Shown one piece after another: positions 38,432 through 46,845 of a stretch of 64,000 nucleotides of DNA. Numbering within the stretch: the stretch's first letter is position 1; each line of letters opens with the position of its first letter. The position numbers and the translations under genes are program-made. Under the pieces are notes generated by a model, which saw nothing but the letters and a program-made list of their open reading frames with translations, had not been told where the DNA came from and ran no database searches. This stretch comes from an uncultured Ruminococcus sp. Its GTDB lineage: Bacteria > Bacillota > Clostridia > Oscillospirales > CAG-272. The DNA lies in NCBI GenBank assembly GCA_902779285.1, contig CACZAZ010000003.1:10014-74013 (forward strand), given 5' to 3'.

Positions 38432-39517
38432 ATGTCCAACCGTTTGTATCAGGGTGTGATCCACCAGATGAAGGATGCGATCGACCGCACCGTCGGCATC
38501 ATCGACGAGGCGGGCGTGATCGTCGCCTGCAGCGATCCGCGTCTGATCGGCGAATCCCGCCAGGGTATCCGCGAGGAACTCTCCTTCGCGACCGACGCGG
38601 CTGCGATCGACGGATTCACCTACCGTTTCGTTTCGGTCGGCGGGAAGAACGAGGGGATCGTTTTCGTCGCCGGCGAGGACGCCGAGGCGGGCCGCTACGC
38701 GGCGATGCTGTCGGTCTCGCTCGGGAACATCAAGGGGCTCTACGACGAGAAATACGACAAGGGTTCGTTCATCAAGAACATCATGCTCGACAACATCCTG
38801 CCGAGCGACATCTACATCAAGAGCAAGGAACTGCACTTCTCGGGCGAAGACCACCGGGTCGTTCTGATCATCAAGTTCTTCGGCTGGACCGACGTGCTTC
38901 CTTACGATATGGTCGCGGGGATGTTCCCGGACAAGAGCCGCGATTACGTCATCAACATCGGCGAGTCCGACGTCGTTCTGGTGAAGGAAGTCGAAGAGGG
39001 GACCGATATCCGCGAGATCGAGGAACTTGCCGCCGGGATCGCGGAGACGCTGAACTCCGAGTTCTTCACGAAGGTCAGCATCGGCATCAGCTCGGTCGTC
39101 GACGGGCTCAAGGATCTTGCCCGCGCCTACAAGGAAGCGCGGATCTCGCTCGAGGTCGGCAAGGTCTTCGACACCGAGAAGAATATCGTCAGTTACGAGA
39201 ATCTCGGCATCGGCCGTCTGATCTATCAGCTTCCGACCACCCTCTGCGAGATCTTCCTCGACGAGGTGTTCAAGCGCGGGTCGCTCGATTCGCTCGACCG
39301 CGAGACGCTGATGACCGTCCAGAGCTTTTTCGAGAACAACCTGAACGTGTCCGAGACCTCGCGCAAACTGTTCGTCCACCGCAACACGCTGGTCTACCGG
39401 CTCGAGAAGATCCGGAAACTGACCGGGCTCGATCTCCGCGAGTTCGAGCACGCCGTCACCTTCAAGGTGGCGCTGATGGTCAAGAAGTACCTGACCAGCA
39501 AACCGACCAAGTTCTGA
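38432..39517 (+). CDS. CdaR/PucR-family transcriptional regulator
   Basis: The C-terminal HTH is LNVSETSRKLFVHRNTLVYRLEKIRKLTGLD. The N-terminus looks like the sugar-diacid-regulator type. Confidence 0.75.
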   Translation: MSNRLYQGVIHQMKDAIDRTVGIIDEAGVIVACSDPRLIGESRQGIREELSFATDAAAIDGFTYRFVSVGGKNEGIVFVAGEDAEAGRYAAMLSVSLGNIKGLYDEKYDKGSFIKNIMLDNILPSDIYIKSKELHFSGEDHRVVLIIKFFGWTDVLPYDMVAGMFPDKSRDYVINIGESDVVLVKEVEEGTDIREIEELAAGIAETLNSEFFTKVSIGISSVVDGLKDLARAYKEARISLEVGKVFDTEKNIVSYENLGIGRLIYQLPTTLCEIFLDEVFKRGSLDSLDRETLMTVQSFFENNLNVSETSRKLFVHRNTLVYRLEKIRKLTGLDLREFEHAVTFKVALMVKKYLTSKPTKF

Positions 39518-39604
39518 TCCGCATTCGCGGCACTATGGAAAATCACCCCGACGCCCGCCAACGGGCGGCGGGGCTTCCGTTGATTAAAGGAAGGAGACAG
39601 ATCG

Positions 39605-41017
39605 ATGAAACGCGACGTAAACGGCGTCCGGCTGACAGCCGTATTGCTTTTGATCCTGACTCTGATCTTCGCCTTTTCGGGTTGTACTGCGTTCGCTTTG
39701 CGCCCCGCCGAAACGGGGGAAACCGACGCGACGGCGCCCGAAACCACGGGGAGCGGGGAAAAACAGCCGTCCGAGCTGGTCTCGCTGCTTCTTGCAAACG
39801 AAACGATCCCCGATTTCAACCAAACGGTCGTCGAGAATATCCACTACTACTATTCGCACTATTTCATCGGCGACCTCGGGACCGACGCCGAACTTGCGGC
39901 GGCGATCGCGGAGTTCTACGCCGAATACCGCGATCTGATCGACGAGAGCGACCCGGGTGAAGTGACCGACCTCCTCTGCGAGAGTTATCTTGCCGCCGCG
40001 GGGGATAAATACGCCTACTATATGAATCCCGAGGCGTACGCCGAATACACGTCGGATATGACCGGCAACTACGTCGGGATCGGGGTCCAGGTCACCAACG
40101 ACGCGGTGGCGCGGATCATCACGGTCACCGCCGTCTTTCCCGACACGCCCGCGTACGAGGCGGGGGTGCTGGCGGGCGACGTCATCGAGGCGGTGGGGGA
40201 CACTCCGGCGTCGACCATCTCGTTTGCAGAACTCGTCAACCGCATCCGCGGTGAGGAGAATACCGAAGTAACGGTCACTTTCGCGCGGGGCGGCGAGACC
40301 TACACCCGCACCATGACCCGCCGCACGGTCGTGCAGGTCACGGCGTCGGCGTCGGTCCTGCCCGGATCCCCGAAGATCGGCTTGATCCAGATCACCGAGT
40401 TCGACGAGACCACGGCGCCGCAGTTCAAAGCCGCGCTCGACGGTCTCTTCGACGAGGGGATCGACGGACTGATCTTCGATCTAAGGAACAACCCCGGCGG
40501 GCTTCTCTCCTCGATCCTGACGGTGCTCGATTATCTGGTGCCGAACGGAACGCCGCTCGCCAACTACGAATACTACGACGGCTCGGTCGAGTACGACGTG
40601 GCGAACTGTGCAAGTTACGACAAGTCCGCCGTCGACCGTAAACTGCCTTCGGATCTTCCGATCGCCGTTCTCTGCAACGAGCATACCGCGTCTGCGGGCG
40701 AGCTCTTCACCTGCGCGATGCAGGATTACGCGAGAGAGGGGCTGCTCGACGTGAAGATCGTCGGAACCGTGACCTACGGAAAGGGAACGATGCAGACGCA
40801 GGTCCGGCTGGGCTCGGGCTGCGCGACCACCATTTCCTTCGCGCACTACAATCCGCCCTACTCCCCGAACTACGAGGGGAAGGGGATCACGCCGGATCTT
40901 GTCGTCGAACTCTCCGAGGAGGCGCAGAACAAGTCCGTCTGGGCGCTCACCGACGAGGAGGACGTGCAGATGTCGGCGGCGATCGATTCGGTCACGGAAC
41001 GGGTGGTGAGTGAATGA
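39605..41017 (+). CDS. S41 family C-terminal processing peptidase
   Basis: PDZ region (AGVLAGDVIEAV), then LIFDLRNNPGGLL and SASAGELF...GKGT. Confidence 0.8.
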   Translation: MKRDVNGVRLTAVLLLILTLIFAFSGCTAFALRPAETGETDATAPETTGSGEKQPSELVSLLLANETIPDFNQTVVENIHYYYSHYFIGDLGTDAELAAAIAEFYAEYRDLIDESDPGEVTDLLCESYLAAAGDKYAYYMNPEAYAEYTSDMTGNYVGIGVQVTNDAVARIITVTAVFPDTPAYEAGVLAGDVIEAVGDTPASTISFAELVNRIRGEENTEVTVTFARGGETYTRTMTRRTVVQVTASASVLPGSPKIGLIQITEFDETTAPQFKAALDGLFDEGIDGLIFDLRNNPGGLLSSILTVLDYLVPNGTPLANYEYYDGSVEYDVANCASYDKSAVDRKLPSDLPIAVLCNEHTASAGELFTCAMQDYAREGLLDVKIVGTVTYGKGTMQTQVRLGSGCATTISFAHYNPPYSPNYEGKGITPDLVVELSEEAQNKSVWALTDEEDVQMSAAIDSVTERVVSE

Positions 41018-42381
41018 ACCGGCAGGACGAATTCGCGTCCCCCGAACGAAAAAAGGGGACCCCGTCCCGTCCGCTGCTCGTCACGCTGCTCGCCTGTCTT
41101 CTGACCGGGATCGTCGTGTTCCTCACGACCTTCTTCGCGCTCACGGGGTACTACGGATCCGAGATCGAGGATTACCGGAACAACTACGTGCGGCGCTCGG
41201 ATAAGTACGACCCGGGACTGCTCGAAGCGGCGCTCGGACTGCTCGACGCCAACTCGATCTTCGATCTCCCCGACCGGGGCGATCTGACCGAGACCATGGT
41301 AGAGGCGGCGATCTCCGCGATGGGCGACCGCTACGGAACTTTCTTTACCGACGCCGAATACGCCTCGTATTCGTCGGATCTGTCGGGCAATTTCGTCGGG
41401 ATCGGCGTCACGCTCCAGAAAAACGCCGACGGCAACGCCGAGGTCGTTCTGGTCCACGCGGGCTCGCCCGCGCAAGACGCGGGACTGCTCGCCGGAGACG
41501 TTCTGACCGAGATCGACGGCAAATCCTTCGCGGACGGCTACGACGAGGCGTTCAACGCGATCGTCGGAGAGGCGGGGACCGTCGTCAACGTCTCGTTCTT
41601 CCGCGCGGGCGAGCCGATGAACGCCTCCGTCACGCGGGCGGAGGTGACCAAGCAGACCGTGATCTCCCGGATCGAAAATTACGGCGGGAGTAAGATCGGC
41701 TACGTTCATATCACCGGCTTTGACGGACACACCTACGAACAACTCGAGAGGGCGGTGTCGGAACTGGAGGGCGAGGGGATCGACGCGCTGACCTTCGACC
41801 TTCGCTCGAACGGCGGCGGGCTTCTGTCGTCGGTCGGGACGGTGCTTGCGTATCTGCTCCCGGACGGCGTGATCGCCTACGTGGATTACCGCTCCGAGTC
41901 GCTTTCGGACTATACCATTTCCGCGGAGGACGGATACCTGAAAAACGGCGGATCCTCCACCCTCTACCGCGAGGGAGGTCACGAACTGTCCCCGGATCTT
42001 CCGGTCGCGGTCCTGGTGAACGGCGGGACCGCTTCGGCGGCGGAACTGTTCACCGCGGCGCTCCGCGACTACGCCGACCCCGCGTTCGCCTCCGCAGCCG
42101 GGGTGACGCCGCTCGACGTGACGGTCGTGGGAACGACGACCTACGGAAAGGGGACCGTGCAGACCACCTATACGGTCGGCGCGGACAGTTATCTCAAACT
42201 GACCGTCGCGCGGTACAGCCCCCCCACCAACGTCAACTACGACGGGGTCGGGATCACCCCCGGGCTTGTCGTGGAATTGCCGGAGGAACAGGCGGGGGTC
42301 AGCATCTATCTTCGCACGCGGGATAACGACGCGCAGCTTGCGGCGGCGCTCGCGTATCTCGACCAAAAAGTCAACCCTTAA
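41014..42381 (+). CDS. second S41 family peptidase
   Basis: LTFDLRSNGGGLL, TASAAELF and YGKGTVQ. The ATG overlaps the previous stop (ATGA). Confidence 0.8.
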   Translation: MNRQDEFASPERKKGTPSRPLLVTLLACLLTGIVVFLTTFFALTGYYGSEIEDYRNNYVRRSDKYDPGLLEAALGLLDANSIFDLPDRGDLTETMVEAAISAMGDRYGTFFTDAEYASYSSDLSGNFVGIGVTLQKNADGNAEVVLVHAGSPAQDAGLLAGDVLTEIDGKSFADGYDEAFNAIVGEAGTVVNVSFFRAGEPMNASVTRAEVTKQTVISRIENYGGSKIGYVHITGFDGHTYEQLERAVSELEGEGIDALTFDLRSNGGGLLSSVGTVLAYLLPDGVIAYVDYRSESLSDYTISAEDGYLKNGGSSTLYREGGHELSPDLPVAVLVNGGTASAAELFTAALRDYADPAFASAAGVTPLDVTVVGTTTYGKGTVQTTYTVGADSYLKLTVARYSPPTNVNYDGVGITPGLVVELPEEQAGVSIYLRTRDNDAQLAAALAYLDQKVNP

Positions 42382-42421
42382 AGAGTATCATAGATAAAAC
42401 ACGAACAAGGAGATAAACCAA

Positions 42422-42901
42422 ATGGAGAAGCAGCAGGTCATCACCCAGGCGTCGCTTGACGCGTTGAAGGCGCAGCTCGACGAACTGAAGGCGCAGCGCG
42501 AGATCATCAAGAAGGATATCTCGACCGCCCGCAGCTACGGCGACCTTTCGGAGAACAGCGAATACGACGAGGCGAAGAACGAGCAGGCGAAGAACGCCAT
42601 GCAGATCGCCGAGCTCGAGGAGAGGATCAAAAACGCCCGCGTCGTCGACGAGAGCGAGATCGACCACAACCTCGTCCACGTCGGCTCGGTCGTCGTGGTC
42701 TACAGCGAGAAGAAAAAGAAGGAGATCACCTACCACATCGTCGACTCGTACGGCGCGGATCCCCTCGCGGGCAAGATCTCGGACGTGTCCCCGATCGGGC
42801 GCGCTCTGATCGGAGCGAAGTCGGGCGAACGCGTGGTGGCGGAACTCCCCTCCGGCGAACAGGTCGGACTCAAGGTGAAAAAGGTCACCCGCGCGCAGTA
42901 A
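42422..42901 (+). CDS. greA: transcription elongation factor GreA
   Basis: YGDLSENSEYDEAKNEQA and the C-terminal SPIGRALIG match across the full GreA length. Confidence 0.9.
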   Translation: MEKQQVITQASLDALKAQLDELKAQREIIKKDISTARSYGDLSENSEYDEAKNEQAKNAMQIAELEERIKNARVVDESEIDHNLVHVGSVVVVYSEKKKKEITYHIVDSYGADPLAGKISDVSPIGRALIGAKSGERVVAELPSGEQVGLKVKKVTRAQ

Positions 42902-42957
42902 ATCCCTCTTTTTTAAGGTTTTCCCCTTGCGGAGGGGAAGAGAGAAAGGACTATAAT

Positions 42958-44827
42958 ATGGCAGACGTACAGAACAACAATCCGGGCAGCGAACTTGCGG
43001 TCCGCCGCGAGAAACTGGCGGCGCTGGTCGCGGAGGGGAAGAACCCCTTTACCATCACCAAATACGAGGTCACGGCGCACGCCTCCGAGATCGTCTAGAA
43101 TGATGAGCCGCCGGATCATGGGCAAGGCGGCGTTCGTCCATCTGATGGACGGATCGGGAAAGATCCAGCTTTACGTGAAGCGCGACGACGTCGGAGAGGA
43201 CGCCTACGCCGCGTTTAAAAAGTGGGACGTCGGGGACGTCGTCGGCGTACACGGCTTCGTTTTCAAAACGCAGACCGGGGAGATCTCGGTGCATTGCGAC
43301 GGTATCGTTCTGCTCGCCAAGTCGCTTCTCCCCCTGCCCGAGAAGTTCCACGGGCTGACCAACACCGACCTCCGCTATCGGCAGCGGTACGTCGACCTGA
43401 TCATGAACCCCGAGGTCAAGGATACCTTCGTCCGCCGGAGTAAGATCCTTGCCGAGATCCGGGCGTACCTGGACGGAAAGGGATTTCTCGAGGTCGATAC
43501 CCCGATCCTGACCCCGTTCGAGATCGGCGCGTCGGCGCGTCCTTTCTTCACGCACCACAACACGCTGAATATGGATATGGTCCTCCGCATCGAGACCGAA
43601 CTCTATCTGAAACGGCTGATCGTCGGCGGATTCGAGCGGGTCTACGAGGTGGGACGGATCTTCCGCAACGAGGGGATGGATCCCAAGCACAACCCCGAAT
43701 TCACCTCGATCGAACTCTATCAGGCGTACACCGACTATAAGGGGATGATGGACCTCGTCGAGGAACTCTACACCCTGCTCGCCAAGAAGATCTGCGGCTC
43801 GACCGTGATCCCCTATCAGGGACAGATGATCGATATGGGGCATTGGGAACGGCTCACGATGGTCGAGGCGGTGAAAAAGTATTCCGGCGCCGACTACAAC
43901 GCCTGGAAGACCGACGAGGACGCCCGCAACGAGGCGGCGAAACTCCACGTTCCGGTCCCCGCAGACGCCACGAAGGGAACCGTGCTCGCGGAACTCTTCG
44001 ACGCGTTCGTTGAGGAGAAACTGATCCAGCCGACCTTCATCTACGACTATCCCGTGGAGAACAGCCCGCTCGCGAAGCGGAAACCCGAGGATCCCGCGTT
44101 CACCGAGCGTTTCGAGTATTTCATCAACGCGACCGAGTTCGGCAACGCCTTCAGCGAACTGAACGACCCGATCGATCAGAAGGGACGGTTCGTCGCGCAG
44201 GTCGAGGCGAGACGCCGCGAGGACCCGAATACCAAAGCCAGGGTCGACGAGGACTACGTCACCGCGCTCGAATACGGTATGCCCCCGACGGGCGGGCTCG
44301 GCTTCGGGATCGACCGGCTCGTGATGCTCCTGACCGACAGCGCGTCGATCCGCGACGTCTTGCTCTTCCCGACGATGAAGCCGCTGGATCAGGACAAGCC
44401 CGCCGACGCTCCCGCGGAAACCGCGGCAGAAACCTCCGCCCCCGAAGTGATCGATTTCTCGAAGGTGGAGATCGAGCCGCTGTTTTCCGACACGGTCGAT
44501 TTCGAGACCTTCTCGAAGTCGGATTTCCGCGCGGTCAAGGTGCTCGCGTGCGAGGCGGTGCCGAAGTCGAAGAAACTCTTGAAGTTCACCCTGAACGACG
44601 GTACCGGGACCGACCGCGTCATCCTCTCGGGGATCCACGCGTTCTACGAGCCGGAGCAGCTCGTCGGCAAGACCCTGCTCGCCATCGTCAACCTCCCGCC
44701 CCGCGCCATGATGGGCATCGAGTCGAACGGGATGCTGATCTCCGCCGTCCACAACGAGGAGGGCGAGGAAAAACTCCATCTCCTGATGCTCGACCCGCAC
44801 ATCCCCGCCGGCGCGAAGATGTATTGA
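42958..44827 (+). pseudogene. lysS: lysyl-tRNA synthetase (class II) interrupted near codon 47, with a C-terminal Trbp111/EMAPII-like tRNA-binding domain; either a frameshifted gene or an assembly error
   Basis: Frame 1, 42958-43098, encodes MADVQNNNPGSELAVRREKLAALVAEGKNPFTITKYEVTAHASEIV and then TAG. The rest of LysRS (RMMSRRIMGKAAFVHL... through class II motifs 1-3) continues in the next frame, with ATGs at 43100 and 43103. Confidence 0.6.
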
Positions 44828-45097
44828 CGACGACACGCACAGACGGCACAGGACGGAAAACAAAAAGGGACTATCCGAAATTCGAGGTGCTTTCCGCTTT
44901 GTTCCGTTATTCCGCATAGCAAATTGCGATTAAGGACGAAAACCACCCGCTTTCGCGAGTGGTTTTCTCCTTTTTTATTTGTATTTTTGTTTTCCTCTCG
45001 CCGTTTGCTTGCTCTCGGCGTATGAAGATACGCCTTCGGGTCGCAAACGACGACCCTGCACTCGCCTGTGCGCGCCTGACAGCAATAGCTGGCGCAG
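44828..45097 (+). repeat. copy C of a ~270-290 nt gene-3'-flank repeat, in the sense orientation of lysS
   Basis: It starts at the first base after the lysS stop and is collinear with the reverse complements of 45241-45520 and 60558-60830. The order is leader, terminator, U-rich spacer, second hairpin (44998-45053), then a tail ending gctggcgcag. Confidence 0.75.
44939..44980 (+). terminator. lysS terminator, part of repeat copy C
   Basis: aaaaccac ccgctttcgcga gtggtttt, followed by ctccttttttattt. Confidence 0.7.
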
Positions 45098-45240
45098 TTA
45101 ATAAGAAAAAAGAAACCAAGTGCGCTGACGCAAGTACGAAAGCGCGACTTTTCCGTTCGCCTTGCTTTGTGGTAAAATACCGCACCGTTCCTTCGGAGCG
45201 ATGGTCGGCAACGTCTTATCAACCCATCCGCGCGTCGTCC

Positions 45241-45520
45241 CCTTGACCCTACCCGCGCCAGCTCAAGTTATCAGACGCGCGGAGGTGCGTGCAGAATCCC
45301 CGTTCTCGACCCGAAACTGTACAAGCGTACTGTGAGCGGTCGAGAACGGGGAGAGGAAAACGAATTTGAAAAAAAGAAGAAAACCTCCCGCGGCTCCGCG
45401 GGAGGTTTTCAACCTTAATTTGCGTTTATCAATGCAAGGAGTTTTCACAGAGCAGAAAGCTTTGACGGATTCATTATAGATTCCATTCGTTTTCCGGTCT
45501 GTGCGCGCATACGCGTGTCG
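45241..45520 (-). repeat. copy A of the 3'-flank repeat, in the sense orientation of the Gfo/Idh/MocA gene
   Basis: It starts at the first base after the stop codon at 45521-45523. It contains terminator 45384-45405 and the 14-bp hairpin ccccgttctcgacc/ggtcgagaacgggg (45298-45351). Confidence 0.75.
45365..45405 (-). terminator. terminator of the Gfo/Idh/MocA gene, part of repeat copy A
   Basis: cctcccgcgg/ccgcgggagg hairpin, followed on the minus strand by ttttcttcttttttt. Confidence 0.7.
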
Positions 45521-46711
45521 TCAGATCTTCGGGATCTTGATCTCGATCTCTTTCCCGATCGCCGCCGACTTCGCGATGCCGTCGAGGATCGCCTGGTTGT
45601 AGAGGATCTCGCTCGACGGAACGGGAGCGGCGCCGCCGTTCTTGCTCGCGTCGAGGAAGGTGCGGATCTTCTGGTCGAAGAGCGAAGGCATACCGGCTTT
45701 CGAGCCGATCAGCGGGATCTCGGTGCAGACCTGTTCGCCCGCGACCTCGTGATAGATCTTCAGGGGCTTGTCGAACGAGCCGTTCCAGCACTCGGTCGAG
45801 GGGATACGGAGCGAGCCCTTGGTACCCATGATGATCGTGTCGCCCGAGGTGTCGAGGTTCATCGCCCACGCGATACGGAAGTCGAGGATGATCCCGCCCT
45901 CAAGACGAATGAACGCGGCGGCGAAATCGTCGACCGAGAAGACCTTCGCGTATTCGGGATGACCCTTCTTGACGTAACCGGAGTAGTTCGGATCCTTGCC
46001 GAAGAAATCGGACTTGTAACCCGAGACGGTCAGGGGTTTCGGATAGCCGAGCGCGTTCAGCACGCAGTCGAGCGAGTAGCATCCGATATCACCGAGCGCG
46101 CCGAGGCCCGCGGTCTTGTCTTCAATGAAGGTGGTCCCGTAGGGGAAGGGAATACCGCGCCGCCGGCCGCCGCCGGTCTGGACGTAGTAGATCTTGCCGA
46201 GTTCGCCCGACTGCACGATCTTCTTGATCATCTGCATATTGGCGTCGAAACGCGGCTGGAAACCGATCGAGAGGACCTTGCCGCTCTTCTTCTCGGCGCG
46301 CATGATCTCGACCGCCTCTTCGGTGGTCACGCACATCGGCTTCTCAAGCAGGACGTTGACGCCCGCGTTCAGCGAGTCGATCGCGCAGATCGCGTGGGTG
46401 CGGTTGTAGGTGCAGACGCTGACGCAGTCGAGCTTCAGCGACTTGTCCGCGAGCATCGCCTTGTGGTCGGCGTAGTCGGTCTTGACGCCCTCGATCCCTC
46501 TGTCCTTGAAAAACGCTTCGGCTTTTCCGGGGATCAGGTCGCAGCCCGCGACGATCTCGACGTCGGGCTGTCTCAGGTAGCTCGACAGGTGGGTCTCGGC
46601 GATCCAGCCGCACCCGATGATACCGACGCGAACTTTTTTCGACGCGTCAACCTCCGCCTCGTCTTTGCTGACGTCCATAAAAGCGTTCAGGGAATCGTCC
46701 TTCTTTGCCAT
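45521..46711 (-). CDS. Gfo/Idh/MocA family oxidoreductase
   Basis: KVRVGIIGCGWIAETHL Rossmann motif and an EKPM block. The start is at MAKKDD, with GGAGGA upstream. Confidence 0.8.
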   Translation of the reverse strand: MAKKDDSLNAFMDVSKDEAEVDASKKVRVGIIGCGWIAETHLSSYLRQPDVEIVAGCDLIPGKAEAFFKDRGIEGVKTDYADHKAMLADKSLKLDCVSVCTYNRTHAICAIDSLNAGVNVLLEKPMCVTTEEAVEIMRAEKKSGKVLSIGFQPRFDANMQMIKKIVQSGELGKIYYVQTGGGRRRGIPFPYGTTFIEDKTAGLGALGDIGCYSLDCVLNALGYPKPLTVSGYKSDFFGKDPNYSGYVKKGHPEYAKVFSVDDFAAAFIRLEGGIILDFRIAWAMNLDTSGDTIIMGTKGSLRIPSTECWNGSFDKPLKIYHEVAGEQVCTEIPLIGSKAGMPSLFDQKIRTFLDASKNGGAAPVPSSEILYNQAILDGIAKSAAIGKEIEIKIPKI

Positions 46712-46784
46712 GATTGTTCCTCCGTTCAAATTCTCGTTTGATTCGGTTGTACGCCTGCACGCGCGGGCGTCTTTTACCGTTTAC

Positions 46785-46813
46785 ATTATAACAGATTCAA
46801 ATAGGAAAGTAAA
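46785..46813 (-). promoter_or_regulatory. promoter of the oxidoreductase gene
   Basis: The minus strand reads TTTACT-N17-TATAAT with a TG extension (tttactttcctatttgaatctgttataat). Confidence 0.5.
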
Positions 46814-46845
46814 CCCTTTTTTGAAAAATCTTCGGGAATCCCGCG

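Noticed and set aside
45068-45280. A long imperfect helix, first read as a possible 6S-like or SRP-like RNA.
   Set aside because: The pairing is explained by two inverted copies of the 3'-flank repeat (copies C and A). I found no SRP domain IV, RNase P or tmRNA signature sequences.
44907-45448. Small ORFs inside the repeat region: 44959..45246 (+), 44907..45185 (-) and 45263..45448 (-).
   Set aside because: They have no SD sites. They are not conserved between the three repeat copies, and short peptides in the leader differ in frame and length. They run through terminator hairpins.
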